64,000 bases of DNA from Lama glama. Its lineage: Eukaryota. Of the stretch, positions 26,415-40,426 are shown one piece after another. Location of the stretch: contig CM052816.1 in NCBI GenBank assembly GCA_028534125.1, forward strand, positions 72,356,001 through 72,420,000, read 5' to 3'. Numbering within the stretch: the first letter of the stretch is position 1; each line of letters begins with the position of its first letter. The notes under the pieces are model-generated. The model had not been told where the DNA came from and made no database searches. It saw only the letters and a program-made list of their open reading frames with translations. Made by a program: the position numbers and the translations under genes.

Positions 26415-26769
26415 AAGAATAAAAAGTAATCAATTTGTGGGAGTTTATATCTGAAAGATGCTATTTTCTTGATGAAGCTGTATCTAAATTAATCTTCAAA
26501 GAGTGAAAGGAAGTGCTGGGAATTTTACAGTTTATCTTATAATTTAGTAAATTACACATTCAACTAACTTATTGGACTTAGAAATCTCATAAACAGATGA
26601 AAAATTTTATAACTTTATAAAATACATTTTGTGAACAAAACCTAATCTACAGTATTGGGTTAAATTTCTGCAGTGCATTACCTGGATCCATCAATTCATT
26701 GAACACATTTGTTAGTACAATTATCTTTTTTGGGGGGGCATGCATGCAGAGAATCATCCTCATTCTCTT

Positions 26770-27098
26770 TTTATAAAAAAATTATTGAAATAGTTGATTT
26801 ATAATGTTACTTTCAGGTGTACAGAAAAGTGATTTCAGATTCTTTTCCATTATGTGTTATTACAAAAAATTGAATATAGTTCCCTATGCTATACAGTAGG
26901 TCTTAGTTTATCTATTTTATATATAGTAAAGTGTGTCTGTTAATCCTCAGCCCCTAATTTATCCCTTCTCGCCCTTTCCTCTTTGGTAAGCATAGTTTGT
27001 TTTCTATGTCCATGAGTCTGTTTTGGGTTTGTAAATAGAATTTGTATTACTTTTTTTTAGATTCCACTTTTAAGTGATATGATATGATATTTATATTT
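26770..27098 (-). mobile_element. Short L1 3' end
   Basis: 17-bp TSD ATCATCCTCATTCTCTT at 26753-26769 and 27099-27115. Confidence 0.9.
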
Positions 27099-27230
27099 AT
27101 CATCCTCATTCTCTTAATAGAATGCCTCCACCAAATGTCAGAAATTGGGCTGAGAGTAGAAAGAATGTGATTTTAATTTTTTGGCTTCTTCCAGATGATG
27201 AATGAAATTTCACAGCTATATCCACCTTAC

Positions 27231-27268
27231 CTTTATAGGTTGCCATCCTTAAAGAAACTTGTTGTCTC
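27231..27268 (-). pseudogene. Exon remnant, 38 nt: RQQVSLRMATYK
   Basis: ccttttcag| acceptor, AAG|gtaagg donor; open, phase 2 to 1. Confidence 0.75.
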
Positions 27269-27559
27269 CTGAAAAGGACTAGTGAGACAATAGAAATTGC
27301 TCAGAACAACTGCTTCTTATTTTTCCCTAAGAGGAAAGTGACTAGACTCTGTGCCTGTCTTTTACAGCTGGTATAGCGTGTAGTTTAGCAGTTTATATTT
27401 GATTTATCTGTACATGGCTCAGAGAACTTAGCATTTAAAAAAAGATGTAACACTAAGTTAGCAAGATCACTTATAAAAGTAGTTCTAAAGAAAGAGTCTG
27501 AATTCCATTTGGATTTCCATCTGAGCTTTTAAAATGCTGATGCACTGGCAGGCGCTTAC

Positions 27560-27596
27560 ATGAACACTTGATATAGTTCTTTGACACCATCTTGGA
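27560..27596 (-). pseudogene. Exon remnant, 37 nt: (V)QDGVKELYQVF(M)
   Basis: ctattttag| acceptor, CAT|gtaagc donor; open, phase 1 to 2. Confidence 0.7.
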
Positions 27597-28224
27597 CTAA
27601 AATAGACCTCTCTTTGGGTTTTGCATACTCCATGGGAAACCACAAAAGGTAAGGAACTGCCAGACGCAAAGATCAGCAAGGCTATAAAAGGACAAACAAC
27701 CCAAGGTACCAAATGTTTCTTCTCTGGTTGGAAATTTTGCACAGAGCAGGAAACATGAAAATCAGAGCAAGAGCTGCACAGAAAAAAAATTTGCAGACTT
27801 TTAAAATAAAAAGATGTGAATTTTGTGAGCATATATTCTCTCATCTTTACTGCCTTCCTCAGATGCCCGTTTCTTGATGATGCTCTATTATCACGCAGTC
27901 CTTAAGCACATGGTATTGGCATTCAGGCATTTTTGAAGAAAATAGTCTTTCCTAAGGTGGTTGGAAAACTATATTGAAAGAAAATTTTTTAAAAAATGTG
28001 CACATAGAATGAAAACATTTCGGCTGTTAACATTTCTGTCAGGTATTTGTATCAATTTGCTTTGTTCAAAGCAGTAGTTCCTCTGCATATCTATTCATAC
28101 ACACTTTTAAAATATATTTTTAAAGTCTTTGATGTGAAATAAATTTAAGCTTACCCCAAATTGCATTTTTTTATAATAGAGGCTGAGTATATTAGAACAC
28201 TGTGATGAAGTTTTGAAATGATTG

Positions 28225-28444
28225 TTTTTTATATATTTGTTTATTGAAGTATAATCAGTTTATAATGTTCTATCAATTTCTGGTGTACAATACAATACTT
28301 CAGTCATATAGAAACATACATATATTTGTTTTCATATTCTTTTTCACCATAAGTTACTACAAAATATTGAATATGGTTCCCTGTGCTATACAATATAAAC
28401 TTGTTGTTTGTCTATTTTATATGTATTAGTATCTGCAAATCTCA
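28225..28444 (-). mobile_element. Short L1 3' end
   Basis: Same 3' UTR as the 11736 and 24082 copies; approximate TSD aaatgatt. Confidence 0.85.
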
Positions 28445-28589
28445 AAATGATTATTTTAATTAGAGAAAAATGAAGTAGTCTTTTAAAAGATTACTGTATC
28501 ATGTGGAAATAAGAAATGAGAAGTTTTTAGCTCATACTCTTAATTAGCAGAAGCAGATAGTTTCATATATCTTTTGTTTAATTTTAGTG

Positions 28590-29085
28590 CAGTTGGCCTC
28601 TACTCCCAACTTCAGGAGATCAGTCCTGATTTGTTGAATTAAGGTTATCCCTAAATTCTTAACTAGTGATTGAATACACACTCAGGGTACAGTGGTGGGT
28701 AAATGATTCACATTTTATCCAATGAAATGTAAAGAGAAGTCTGCTGAAGTGGGTGGTCTCTGGAAAGGCTTTGATTTCTTGATAATGAGGGAGGATATGA
28801 CTTTCTTCTTAATCCCCTCTTCCAGCCTTAAGCTTTAATGCTTAAAGCTCCAATACCATATTTTGGTCAAGAGGCAACAAGCATGAGGATAAAAAGTCAA
28901 CAGGTTAAGGACAATGACCTGAACATAGAAAGTGCCTATGGCCTTGACAGTATTCTTGAGCAGCTAGCCATATAAGAAACTGCTTATTTTGGAACTACTT
29001 AGATATGAAAAATAAACATTTTTGATTAAGTCAGTATTAGTTTAGCTTCCTGTTTTCTGAAGCTGAGAATGTCCTGACTAATACA
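28590..29085 (+). mobile_element. MaLR (MLT1-type) LTR relic
   Basis: Typical ...aataaa...cctgactaataca 3' end. Confidence 0.55.
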
Positions 29086-29109
29086 AGTAGCTTCTGTTAA
29101 TTCCACTGT

Positions 29110-32100
29110 ATTTTAATTTTATTTAATTTTTAAATTAACATGCAGTAAAATCAACTTTTGGGGGGTACAGCTATATGAATTTTAATAGCTTATAAATTTG
29201 TATAAATACTACCATAATCAGGATACTGAATAGCTCCATGACTCCCCAAACTTCCCTCCTGCTCTCCCTTTGTAGTAATACCCTGATCCTGCCCCTTATC
29301 TCTGGCATCCAATAATTTGTTCTCTGTCAGTATAGATGTCTTTTTGAGATTATCATAAAATACCCTAAAAAATTTAAATCATTTTGATATGTAATAATCA
29401 CCATAGATCTCTTTACTTAGTTAAGATATCTTTAATTTTTCATCAGTGTTTTTTAGTTTTGAGCATTCAGATGTTTTATTAGATTCATACTTAATAATTT
29501 TGTATTTTTAGAGATATTATAAATGCTATTATTTTTAAATTTTGGTTTATAATTGTTCTAATTTCCAATTGATGATATATAGAAATATTATTGATGTGTG
29601 TTTTCCTTGTATCATGTGATGTTACTTAACTCACTAATTAGTTCTAGGAGTTTTAAAAATAGATCTCTTATGATTTTTTATATAGACAATCTTGTTATCA
29701 ATGCATAGGAAGAGTTTTGTTTCTTTCTTTCCAATCTGTATATCTTTTATCTTTAATTTTTGTTTCTTTAATTTCTATTTCTTGTCTTATTGCACTGGTT
29801 AGGACTTCAGTAAGATGTTGAATAGGAGTTGTGAGAGTAGACATCCTTGTCTTGTTCCCAATGTTAGGGGAAAATAATTCAGTTTTTCAGCTTTAAGTAA
29901 GATATTTGCTGTAGTTTTTTTTTTTTTTTGTAAGTAAATACTTTTAAAAATGATTGAGGAAACTACTTTCTATTCTGAGTTAGCTGAGAGTTTTTATCAT
30001 GAATAGATTTTGAATTTTGTCAAATCCTTTTTCTGCATGAAATGATATGATTTTTTTCTATATTATTAATTTAGTGGATTATACTGATTGATTTTCAAAT
30101 GTTGAACTGGCCCTTGCATTCTAAAGATAATTCTCCACTTGGTTTACTATTCTTTTTATATATTGCTAAATTTAATTTGTGGATATTTCACTGATTTTTT
30201 GCTGCTTTATGTATGAGGAATATTGGTAGGTAGTTGTCTCTTCTTATCCTATCTTTGCCCAGTTTCAGTGTCAGATTAATGCTGGGCTTTTAAAATGAGT
30301 TGGGAAGTGTTCTCTACTCCTCTATTTTCAAGAAGATGTTTTATAGGATTGGTATTATTTCTTCCTTAAATGTTTGGTAGAAATCACCAGTTAAACAATC
30401 CAGACCTATAGATTTCTTTTTAAGAATATTTTTAAACTATTGATTAAATTTCTTTAGTAGTTACAAAACTAATCAGATTATTTATTTCACTTTAGATGAG
30501 TTTTAGTAGTTTATCGTTTTCAAGAATTGGTTCATTTCATCTAAGTTGTTGAATTCGTGTGCATAGAGTTGTTTATAGTATTCCCTAATTGCCATTTTAA
30601 TGTCTGCGTGCTCTGTAGTGATATCCTTTCTCTTATTCTTCATATTGGGTATTTCTATTTTTTTCTCTGTTCATTTTGCTAGAACTTTATCAATTAGATT
30701 GGAAGGGTAATTTAAGTTTTTAATTATAAGAACAATATAAGTTCACAGAAGAAAATCTGTCAAATACAAGAAATGTTTTTAAACATTAAAATCATCTCTA
30801 GCTCTACTCCATGACATTTTGATGCATTTCTTTCCAACTGGAAATACCTCATAGGTGATTGCAGCAGGGAAGGAACAGGAACTGGGTCAAAAATTTCAGA
30901 GGACTGGATGAGGCTCAGGATCTGGAGGCCCTGCTTCCTGGTCAGCCAGCTGAGACTTCTGAAGGCTGGAGCCCACAGTAGCTCTCTGCTCTGTCCATTG
31001 CTTCATCCTATTACTTTTAATCCAAATATGACATTATATTTGGAGTGAGTTGCTTACAGATAGCATAGAATTGTATCAATTTATTTCAAATCCTTATTGA
31101 CAAATCAGTGTCCTTTATATATAGTGTGTTTAGATCATTTATATATAATGTAATTATTGATATTTGGAATTAGAGTTTTCATTTTTAGTGTTTGTTTTTT
31201 GATAGTTTCCTTCATTTTTAGTTTCTCTGTCTCCCCTTGCTAATCTTTTTTTTGGGGAGATATTTAAACTTTTTTTTTTTAATCTTTTATGTGTTGTGTT
31301 TTACTATATTGATTTAAATAGATTGTTTTTTATTGATTGCTCTCGGTTTTAAAAATACATCCTTAAGTTTTTACAATTTATTAGTGATCAGTATTTTACC
31401 ACCTCAAGTGTGAAGTAGAAATCTTATCAATATATATTGCTGTTGTCTTACATGTTATATATTAATGCATTGAAAGATGTATATACTGCTTTTCTTTTAT
31501 ACTTAATATTCAAAATTTCCTTCTGGTATCATTTCCCTCTGCTTGAAGTGCTTCCTTTAGTAATTATTTTAAAGAAGCTCTGCTAGCTCTGAATTTTCTA
31601 AGTTTTTCTTCATTTGTAAATGTCTCTATTTCACCTTCCTGTCTGTAAGATATTTTTGTTGACTGTAGATGTCTCGACTGGTAGTTTTCTTCTATCAGCA
31701 TTTAAATGTCATCCTGCTTCCTTCTGGCTTTTGTTGTTTCTGATAAGAAATCCTCAATTTTTCTGAATCATTGTTCTATCAGAAGTAATGTAACATTTTC
31801 CTGTGGCTACTTTGAAGGTTTTTTTTTTAATCTTTGGTTTTCAACAGTTTGATTCTATGTATTGAATATGGCTTTCTTTGTGTTAACACTGCTTTTTTAT
31901 AGCTTCTTGAATGTATTGAAGTTTCACTAAATTTATGATATTTTCATCTATTATTTCTTTAAATATATTTTCTACACCACTTTTTTCTCTCCCTTTTTTA
32001 AGATACAAATTTTAGATCTTTTGGTGTTCCCCAATAGGTTCCTGAGTCTCTGTTCAAGTTTTTAAAAATGTTTTCTCTCTGTTAAACAGAAATTATGCAT

Positions 32101-32908
32101 TCTTCTTATTTCTTTTAAAGTTTACTTACTATTTGCTCTGTTAGCTCCATCTTACTATCAAGCCAATCAAATAAATAGTATTTTAAAATTTTGGTTATTG
32201 TTGCAGTTTGAAAGTTTCAATTTGATTCTTCTTTATAACTTCTGTTTCTTTGTAGTGTCTTTCTAACTTTCCAATCATTTCAAGAGTTTCTGTCCTCATT
32301 TTTTGCAACATTAAAAAAAATAGCTACGTTAAAGTCTTTGTCAAATAAGCACTGCATCTCTGTCAACTTGATATGAGTATATGTTGTTTGTCTTTTTCCA
32401 TGCAAGTTAATATTTTCCTGGTTCTTCATATCCAAGTAATCTGGGGTTGTATCCTGGACATTTTGCTTATTATAGTATGAGACACTGAGTCTGTTAAAAT
32501 TCTATAGGGAATGTTAACTTTTCTATTTTAACAGGAAAAAAACCCAATGCCACAGTTCCAAATGATCTTCTTTTGATTGTGGTTACAATGTCAGTTTTGT
32601 TTTCAAAGCCTTTTTACTGATCTTTGTGTCTGCCTCGTATATGCTACTCATTGGCCAGTCAGATCTATACAATGATCTATATCTTACTTCAGTTGTCAAA
32701 GTCTTTGGTATACTATTTATGGTCAAAATCATATATGCATAGCTCTAAGGAGTTCAGTAGTTCATAAGCTCATTTATAAGGTTCATTTACCAATATTCTC
32801 TCTCATTACAATCTCATTGGAACTTTTGGATTCCCTGGGAATCCTCTGGCTTGAAATATGGGATTTTATTTACCCTGTTCTTTTCCCTGCTTCCTTTGAA
32901 CATGATCA
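29110..32908 (-). mobile_element. Old L1 (L1M) fragments
   Basis: T-rich antisense ORF2/ORF1-like sequence (e.g. gttgaataggagttgtgagagtagacatccttgtcttgttcc). Confidence 0.8.
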
Positions 32909-33408
32909 NNNNNNNNNNNNNNNNNNNNNNNNNNNNNNNNNNNNNNNNNNNNNNNNNNNNNNNNNNNNNNNNNNNNNNNNNNNNNNNNNNNNNNNNNNNN
33001 NNNNNNNNNNNNNNNNNNNNNNNNNNNNNNNNNNNNNNNNNNNNNNNNNNNNNNNNNNNNNNNNNNNNNNNNNNNNNNNNNNNNNNNNNNNNNNNNNNNN
33101 NNNNNNNNNNNNNNNNNNNNNNNNNNNNNNNNNNNNNNNNNNNNNNNNNNNNNNNNNNNNNNNNNNNNNNNNNNNNNNNNNNNNNNNNNNNNNNNNNNNN
33201 NNNNNNNNNNNNNNNNNNNNNNNNNNNNNNNNNNNNNNNNNNNNNNNNNNNNNNNNNNNNNNNNNNNNNNNNNNNNNNNNNNNNNNNNNNNNNNNNNNNN
33301 NNNNNNNNNNNNNNNNNNNNNNNNNNNNNNNNNNNNNNNNNNNNNNNNNNNNNNNNNNNNNNNNNNNNNNNNNNNNNNNNNNNNNNNNNNNNNNNNNNNN
33401 NNNNNNNN
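32909..33408. other. Assembly gap (500 N)
   Basis: Run of N. Confidence 1.
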
Positions 33409-35499
33409 TATTGCTTTGAGCTGCTAAATTTGTTGTAATTTGTTACACAGTGTTATAAAACTAACATATCCTGACATTTATTTTCAATTGTCCTCTAGAT
33501 ATGTTTCTATATGTTCCCAAATGTTTCCACACAGATGTTTAGAAGCCATCTCACATATACCTTATTCCAAATAACATTATTTTCTATTCCTAAAAGCTTC
33601 TTTTCTTCTTATGTTGAATGCCCTATTGTATTTAATATACTACCAAACATATAGCTACTCAAGCCAGAAACTAGTCTCCCTTACCTCATTCCCAACAGAT
33701 CACCAAATACTGTGAATTCTTCCATGGAAAAACACTTTAAAATTAACATAGTCCTTTTACCTTCTTGTTGAAATAATCACAGGTCTTCTTTCATCCAGTT
33801 TTTTAAACTCTAGCCAGGCTGTCAGATTTTTATGCATTAGCTTTCTGGAAAAAAACAGAACAAAACAAATCAACCCCCCCTAAAAAAATCCTAACTCCTC
33901 CACCCCTAAAACAAAAGCAAAAAATGAACAAAAAAGCAAGCAAGCAGACAAACAAACAAACAAAAAAACCAAATCTGGTTATTTTGTAATAGTGCTGTCT
34001 CATTGGCAACATGATTAAGCTAAAACATTTTAGGTAGACAAAGAAGTAAGTACAAATTCTAACCAAAACCATTTTTCCTTTTTTTTTTTAAATATCCTAT
34101 CCTAATTTTTCCCCATTTCATGTCTAAGTTCCAGCATACCAGATTATTCTCTGTTATCTTAGCATTTATTACATTTTCTTTCCTTCTTTGCCTTGTAATT
34201 TGCCCATTATTTTCATTCACTCATTCACTTATTTATTTAATGTGCCATCTTGTTCATTAGTTGAGAATAAGATGGGTGATGTCCCTGACTTTGTGGAGTT
34301 CATATTCCTATGGTGGAGTCAGATGAAAAACAAGTAAACATAAATATAAACAAACACATAATAAAAGATTACTCTGACAGCTGTATATAAATAGCTTCTG
34401 GGAAAAGTATGAAGAGAATTTGGGAGATGAGTTAGATCACAGAGATGTGATGGTGGCCCAGGAACAATGGAAGCACAGAGACGTTTTAATTTCAGAATAT
34501 AATAATTTAAAAGAAGCCCCTGATAGGTAATTACAAATGGGATTAGGTGTGGGGTGTAAGGAATGCAGAAGTCAATGTGTGATGTACAAGGAATACAGAA
34601 GAAAAAAATATGACCTTTGGTTTTTTTGTTGAGGAAATGGAAGGAAAGAGTTGTTATTTTTGAGATGGAGAAGACTAGAACAGGGAAGAAGATTGAAGTT
34701 GAGGGAGGAATCAAATATCTTGCTTTGATCCTGGCAAATTTTAGACACTTATGACACTTTTAAGCATTGATAATAAGTAAGGAGTTGGGAGAACTATGTA
34801 TGTTTTCAAGAGATTTCAGAGAAAATCTTGGAGCAGGAAGTACATTTTCTTTCTTCAAAACCCACCTCAAATGTCATCTCCATAGTGAAGTCTTTTAGTT
34901 AGAATTGATCTGTGGTTTTATAAATCCTTTTATGTAACTCAATTAAAATATGTAAAGTATGGTAATTATCTTTGTATGTCATCTCTCCAAATGGACTCTG
35001 TGCTTCCTGAAGTGAAGGATTTGGCTTTTTATTTATTCCAGAAATATTATTCCAGTTTCTATTCTGCTCAGATATTATTCTAGGCACTAAGAAGATAGCT
35101 GGGAGTATGTTTATATTGTCTTTGCTATTTTTATATTTCAGGGGGAAATACATCTTTGTATCCATATTCTTCATACAAGATTTGGCACATAATTAAATAA
35201 AGTATTCACTGAATGAATAAATGCCTCTTTGCCCCCTGTAGTACAATGATTTTTTGCTGGGTTTTTCTATCCTTAAAAGTGTCAAAATAGGTTCTAGAAT
35301 TTTAAGGGCATATATTTTAAGCCTGAGTTAGACCTGAACTTGAGTTACTCAAGAATTTAAATAAGTTGAGTTGTTGAGGCCCAATATGTAAAGATAAACC
35401 ATTATTACCCAGGATTAGGATTCAAAGAAAACAATCATTAATAACTATCATTAGGTTTTCAATGTTTTCTAAAAAAAAGATTGTATCCCATGTCAAAGT

Positions 35500-37745
35500 T
35501 GAATTTTAAACTTTTAAATTTAGAATAGTTTCACTATAACTGAACCACTATGCTGTACACCAAAACCGAGCTCAACGTTGTGAATCAACTACACTTAAAT
35601 TTAAGAAAAGAATAGCTTTAGATTTACAGAAAAGTTGCAAAGTTAGCACAGAATTGCTGTATACCCCATGCCCAATATCTCTTATTATTAATATCTTCCA
35701 TTCATATGGTATATTTGTCATATAATCAATGAACCAATATTGACATATTATCATTAACTAAAGACCGTATATAAAACTGCTATAAACATTTGCTGTGGTT
35801 TTCTTGTGTATGTACATATGTAAATCATTTGGGTAAATGCCTGAGAGTGAAATTGCTGGGTCCTATGGTAAGACCATTTTTAGTTTTGTAAGAAACTGTC
35901 AAACTATCATCCAGAGTGGTTGTACCATTTGCATTCCCAGAAGCAATGAATGTTCCTATTGCTCCATTTGCTTGCTAGCCCTTGGCAATGTCAGGTTTTG
36001 GATTTTAGCCATTTTGTTAGATGTGACTGGTAGCTCATTGTGTTTTAATTTGAATTTCCTTAATGAGAAATGTTGTTGAAAATCTTTTCATATGCTTATT
36101 TACCATCTGTATATTTTCTTTGGTATTTTTAATCATGTTTGTTTTCTTACTGTTGAGTTTTAGGAGTTCTTTGTATATTTTTGGATAACAGTATTTTTTG
36201 CAAATATTGTCTCCTAGTCCATAATTTGTTTTGTCATTTCATTCTCTTAATAATGACTTTTGCAAAACAGAAATGTTAAATTTAAATTAAGTCCAGCTTA
36301 TCTATTTTTTATTTCATGGATCATGGTTTTGGTATTATTTATAAAAACTCATCCCAAACTCAAATTTATGTAGATTTTCTCCTATGTCTTCTTCTAAAAG
36401 TTTTATAATTTTGCACTTTACATTAGGTCCATTATCCATTCTGAGTTTGTGTGTATGTGTGTGTCTGTGTGTGTGTGTGTGTAAGGTATAAGGTCTCTGT
36501 TTAGGTTATTTACTTTTGCATGTGGACATCCAATTGTTTGAATATCATTTATTTAAAGGATTATACTTCATCCATTGAATTGTCTTTGCACTTTAGTCAA
36601 CTATCATTTGAATATATTTGTGGGGTTGATTTCTAGACTTTTCATTTGTTTAGTTGATCTATGTTCTTTCTCCTCCTCCTTCTCTTCCTCCTACCTTTCT
36701 CTTCCTCTTCCCCTTCCCCTTCCTCCCCTCCTCCTCCCCTTTTGCCATTACCATTTTGTCTTGGACACTGTGGCTTAAAATAGGTCTTTTTTTAAATTGA
36801 AATATAGTCAGTTACATTATGTCAATTTCTGGTGTACAGCATAATGTCCCTTTCATGCATATATATACATATATTTATTTTCGTATTTTTCATTAAAAGT
36901 TATTACAGAATATTAAATATAGTCCCCTGGGCTGTACAAAAGAAATTTGCTTTTTTAATCTATTTTTACATATAGTGGTTAACTTTTGGTATTTTGAGTG
37001 TTTCTGGAAATTTGTCCATTTTATCTAAGTTATCAAGTTTTAGGGCAGAGTTATTTGTAGAATTCTTTTACTCTTTTTTTTTTTTACATCGACTTTAATT
37101 TTTTTAAGTGGTTTTGTGTTCACAGTGAAATTGAGCAGAAAATAATATTCCTATATACCCTTTGTCCTACACAGGCACAGACTCCCCTACTATCCACATC
37201 TCACAACAGAGTGGTACATTTATTGAAATCAGTTATCCTACATTGACACATTGTTATCACACTAAGTCCATAGTTTACATTGAGGTTCACTCTTGATGTT
37301 CATTTTATGGGTTTTGACAGATGTATGATAACATATATCCACCACTATTGTAGAATCATACGAAATAGTTTCATTGCCCTAAAAAACCTGTGTTCTACGT
37401 ATTCTTCTCCTCTTCCCACCTAAGCCTTGGCAATCACTGATCTTTTTTTACTGTCTCTCCTGTTTTGCATCTTCCAGAATGTCATATATTTGGAATAATG
37501 TAGTGTGTTGTCTTTTTATATTGGTTTCTTTCACTTACATTTATGAATTTAAGTTTATTTCATTTCTTTTCATGGTTTGATAGCTCATTCCTTTTTAGCA
37601 CTGAATAATACTTCATTATTTTGAGGTACTGTAGTTTATCCATTCTCTCCCTGAAAGACATCTTGGATGATTTATAATTTTGGAATTATAAAAAAAAGTC
37701 AACATAAACATCCGGGTGCAGGTTTTCCTGTGGACATACATTTTC
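35500..37745 (-). mobile_element. Nested L1MC-type fragments with (TG)n at ~36448-36482 and a younger L1 tail at ~36788-36985
   Basis: L1MC-like 3' UTR text and antisense ORF2 end. Confidence 0.8.
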
Positions 37746-38893
37746 ATACTGCGTATAAAGAGCTCACATAAAAAGCATAGGAGCTTCTGAATTGCGATGA
37801 TTTAACCAATAGTATTCAAATGACCTCATTACGTAGGATGGATTAGGAAAATTGAGCACTGTGTACCTTCTGTATTTGTCAAAGTATTTTATTTTGATTG
37901 TGTCACTAGGAGTAGTTTTGTGGACATTTGCCAATGCCAAGACCCTGAAAACAATGCAGTTAGATGTATGTCAGAGAGTGGATATTACATCATCATCATG
38001 ATGAAATCATTATGATAGATAGCATGATTAAGGGCTTAATATGGTCAGAGATTATTCTTCTTCCTTCCTTCTTTCCTTCCTTCTTTCCTTCTCATTTATT
38101 CTTTCCAATACTACTATGGAGTACACATTATAATTGTCTCTATTTTATTTAAAAGGAAGCCGAATCTTAGAGAAGTTCAGTGACTTGTTCACAGCATATG
38201 ATTTGTTATATGAACTAGTGAGCAGATTAAATTCAGAATATGTGCTTTTAACCATTATGCTATAGTACATTTTCCAAAACAATAATATAACTAAGAACTG
38301 TAGATTTGTTTCTCAGTCTGGTCATTTGCTTAATTCTAGCTGATGGAATCATTATTATTAAATACTGGCCAAGTCATTTGAAAAATGTTTAGAGTAGTTC
38401 ACATTTGCTGAATGATGGTTTTTTGGATTCTTCTTCGCCATTTGCTATTAAAACATAGAGGGATCATGGCTATAAGTCAAGACTATACATTTTGTATTAA
38501 ACAAACACTTAACATCAGAGAATTGTTATATGAAAGAAGCCATGTATTTATCACAAACACAACTGGTAAAGACGAAAAATGACCCATTTTAATTCAAATA
38601 AGATTATGTAAATTCTATAGTGATTTGACAACTTTCTTCTCTGTTCATGTATTAATTTTGTAAATACTTATGCCTACTTTATATATTACTTCAGACTGAG
38701 AAATGAGAAAATCAGATCACAAATCACAAGGATGAATCTCCGTTGGAATAATTCAAGGAAATTCTGAAGTTTTTTAGCCTATGTTTTTTTCTCCTTGACT
38801 TCATAAAAACTGTGTCTGTGAAACATGTGTATCACTAAATTCAAGTGACTAAATGACCCTTGCCTGAACAAAAACTATATTACTGTATTGTAC

Positions 38894-38939
38894 CTGTGTA
38901 TGTATCCAGGATTAACAGGTTTTTGGCACATTTGCAATT
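38894..38939 (-). pseudogene. Exon remnant, 46 nt: NCKCAKNLLILDTYT
   Basis: CAG|gtacaa donor; acceptor reads ctaactttttAA (AG lost); open; phase 0 to 1 bridges its neighbours exactly. Confidence 0.5.
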
Positions 38940-39713
38940 TTAAAAAGTTAGATTTCATTAATTTTATTTCTGCAAACTTCTTACAGATAATGTGAACTGC
39001 CTTTTAAGAAAAATTAAGTGGGTTGGCAAATTTTTGCAATTATTCCCATGTCCTTAGAAGAAGTGGGTGCAGTAGTGGTCTCTATTATGAAAGAATAGTT
39101 TTGGATATTAGCATTTGAATATATACCTAAAATGCTGTACAGTGCCATTCCCTCTTTGGAACATGTTCTAACTCATTTTGCCAGATTACTGATTTCAGAC
39201 TCCAAGCTGAAATCAGATGTTATAATGCGCATGAAAGCATTTAGAAAAGTATGATATTATACAGATTAAAAAATCAATATACATTATTGTTGGTCTAACT
39301 TTTGAGTATTTAGTTTATAAATATATAGTTTCAAATATATAATTTGTTGCACATAGGAAAAGTCCCAGGAGTGTTAGATTTTTAAAGAAGTTACATTTTT
39401 ATTTCTTTGGCATATGATTTAAAATAGCTGGTGTTCTCAGCACAATTCAGCATCTTTCACTAGAGCTTTAGAAAATTGCAATATTGAATGGTGCCATATA
39501 ATACTTATGTGATAATGTGATTCAAATAAGGAACTTCCACTGAATGTACCTGAAATTATAGTTGTTTCTTCAGTTCTCTTTAAGAGGATCATGCTATTTC
39601 AGTATTTGCAGTTATATCTTTGTGATACAGATGAAGAAAGAACCCAAAGCTCCAATAAAATGCGAAATATGATGACAAAAATGCAAATACCTTTTTCTTG
39701 AACCATTGTTTAC

Positions 39714-39755
39714 CTTTAGCAAATAAAAATAATGCTTTTCTAAATCTAATAGATC
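39714..39755 (-). pseudogene. Exon remnant, 42 nt: DLLDLEKHYFYLLK
   Basis: ctgtactag| acceptor, AAG|gtaaac donor; open, phase 0-0. Confidence 0.6.
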
Positions 39756-39891
39756 CTAGTACAGACACCTGGGGGCAGCACATCTTCACTATTTACAATT
39801 CAGATTCAGAGAATTCTTTTCATTTAAAAATGTGCTATAATCACAAGTGGACTAGAACAGGAACTTCTGGCCATGACCACACATTTTACAC

Positions 39892-39938
39892 AATAGTAGC
39901 GTTATTCTCGTCTTCTTCATTTTGATAATGGTTTCCTG
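39892..39938 (-). pseudogene. Exon remnant, 47 nt: (A)GNHYQNEEDENNATI
   Basis: tttctttaatttag| acceptor; weak ATT|gtgtaa donor; phase 1 to 0. Confidence 0.55.
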
Positions 39939-40426
39939 CTAAATTAAAGAAACAGTTATATTTTCCCTGCCTAGACATCTATTCTTGCTGTTTATATTAC
40001 CTACTGTGTCATCAAAGTAATAGTTCATAGTTACATTGCATTTTATACATGAAATGTACCATTTGTAACTATTAGTGAACTGAAATCTTTACTGATAAAT
40101 TTTTCATGACGTTAGAATAGCTTACACTCTTACTAAAACTATATGCATGTGTGTTTAATAAATCATATAATACTACTGTCAGACAGTTTTCTTTGTTCTT
40201 AATATCATGTCCACACCTTCACTGAATAATTCTTATCTTGACTTATGCAGTTCAGAATGACTGAGGCCAGATTGCTAAATCCATTAGCAGAAATACATCT
40301 ATAATCCTATTAATCCCACTTGACCTGATTTAGCATCATCTCCATGAAGAAAAGAGATTTGGATTTAGCATGGACTGTTCTCAGGCTCAGAAAAGTGTAC
40401 CATGATAATCACAAATGGGAATTTTA

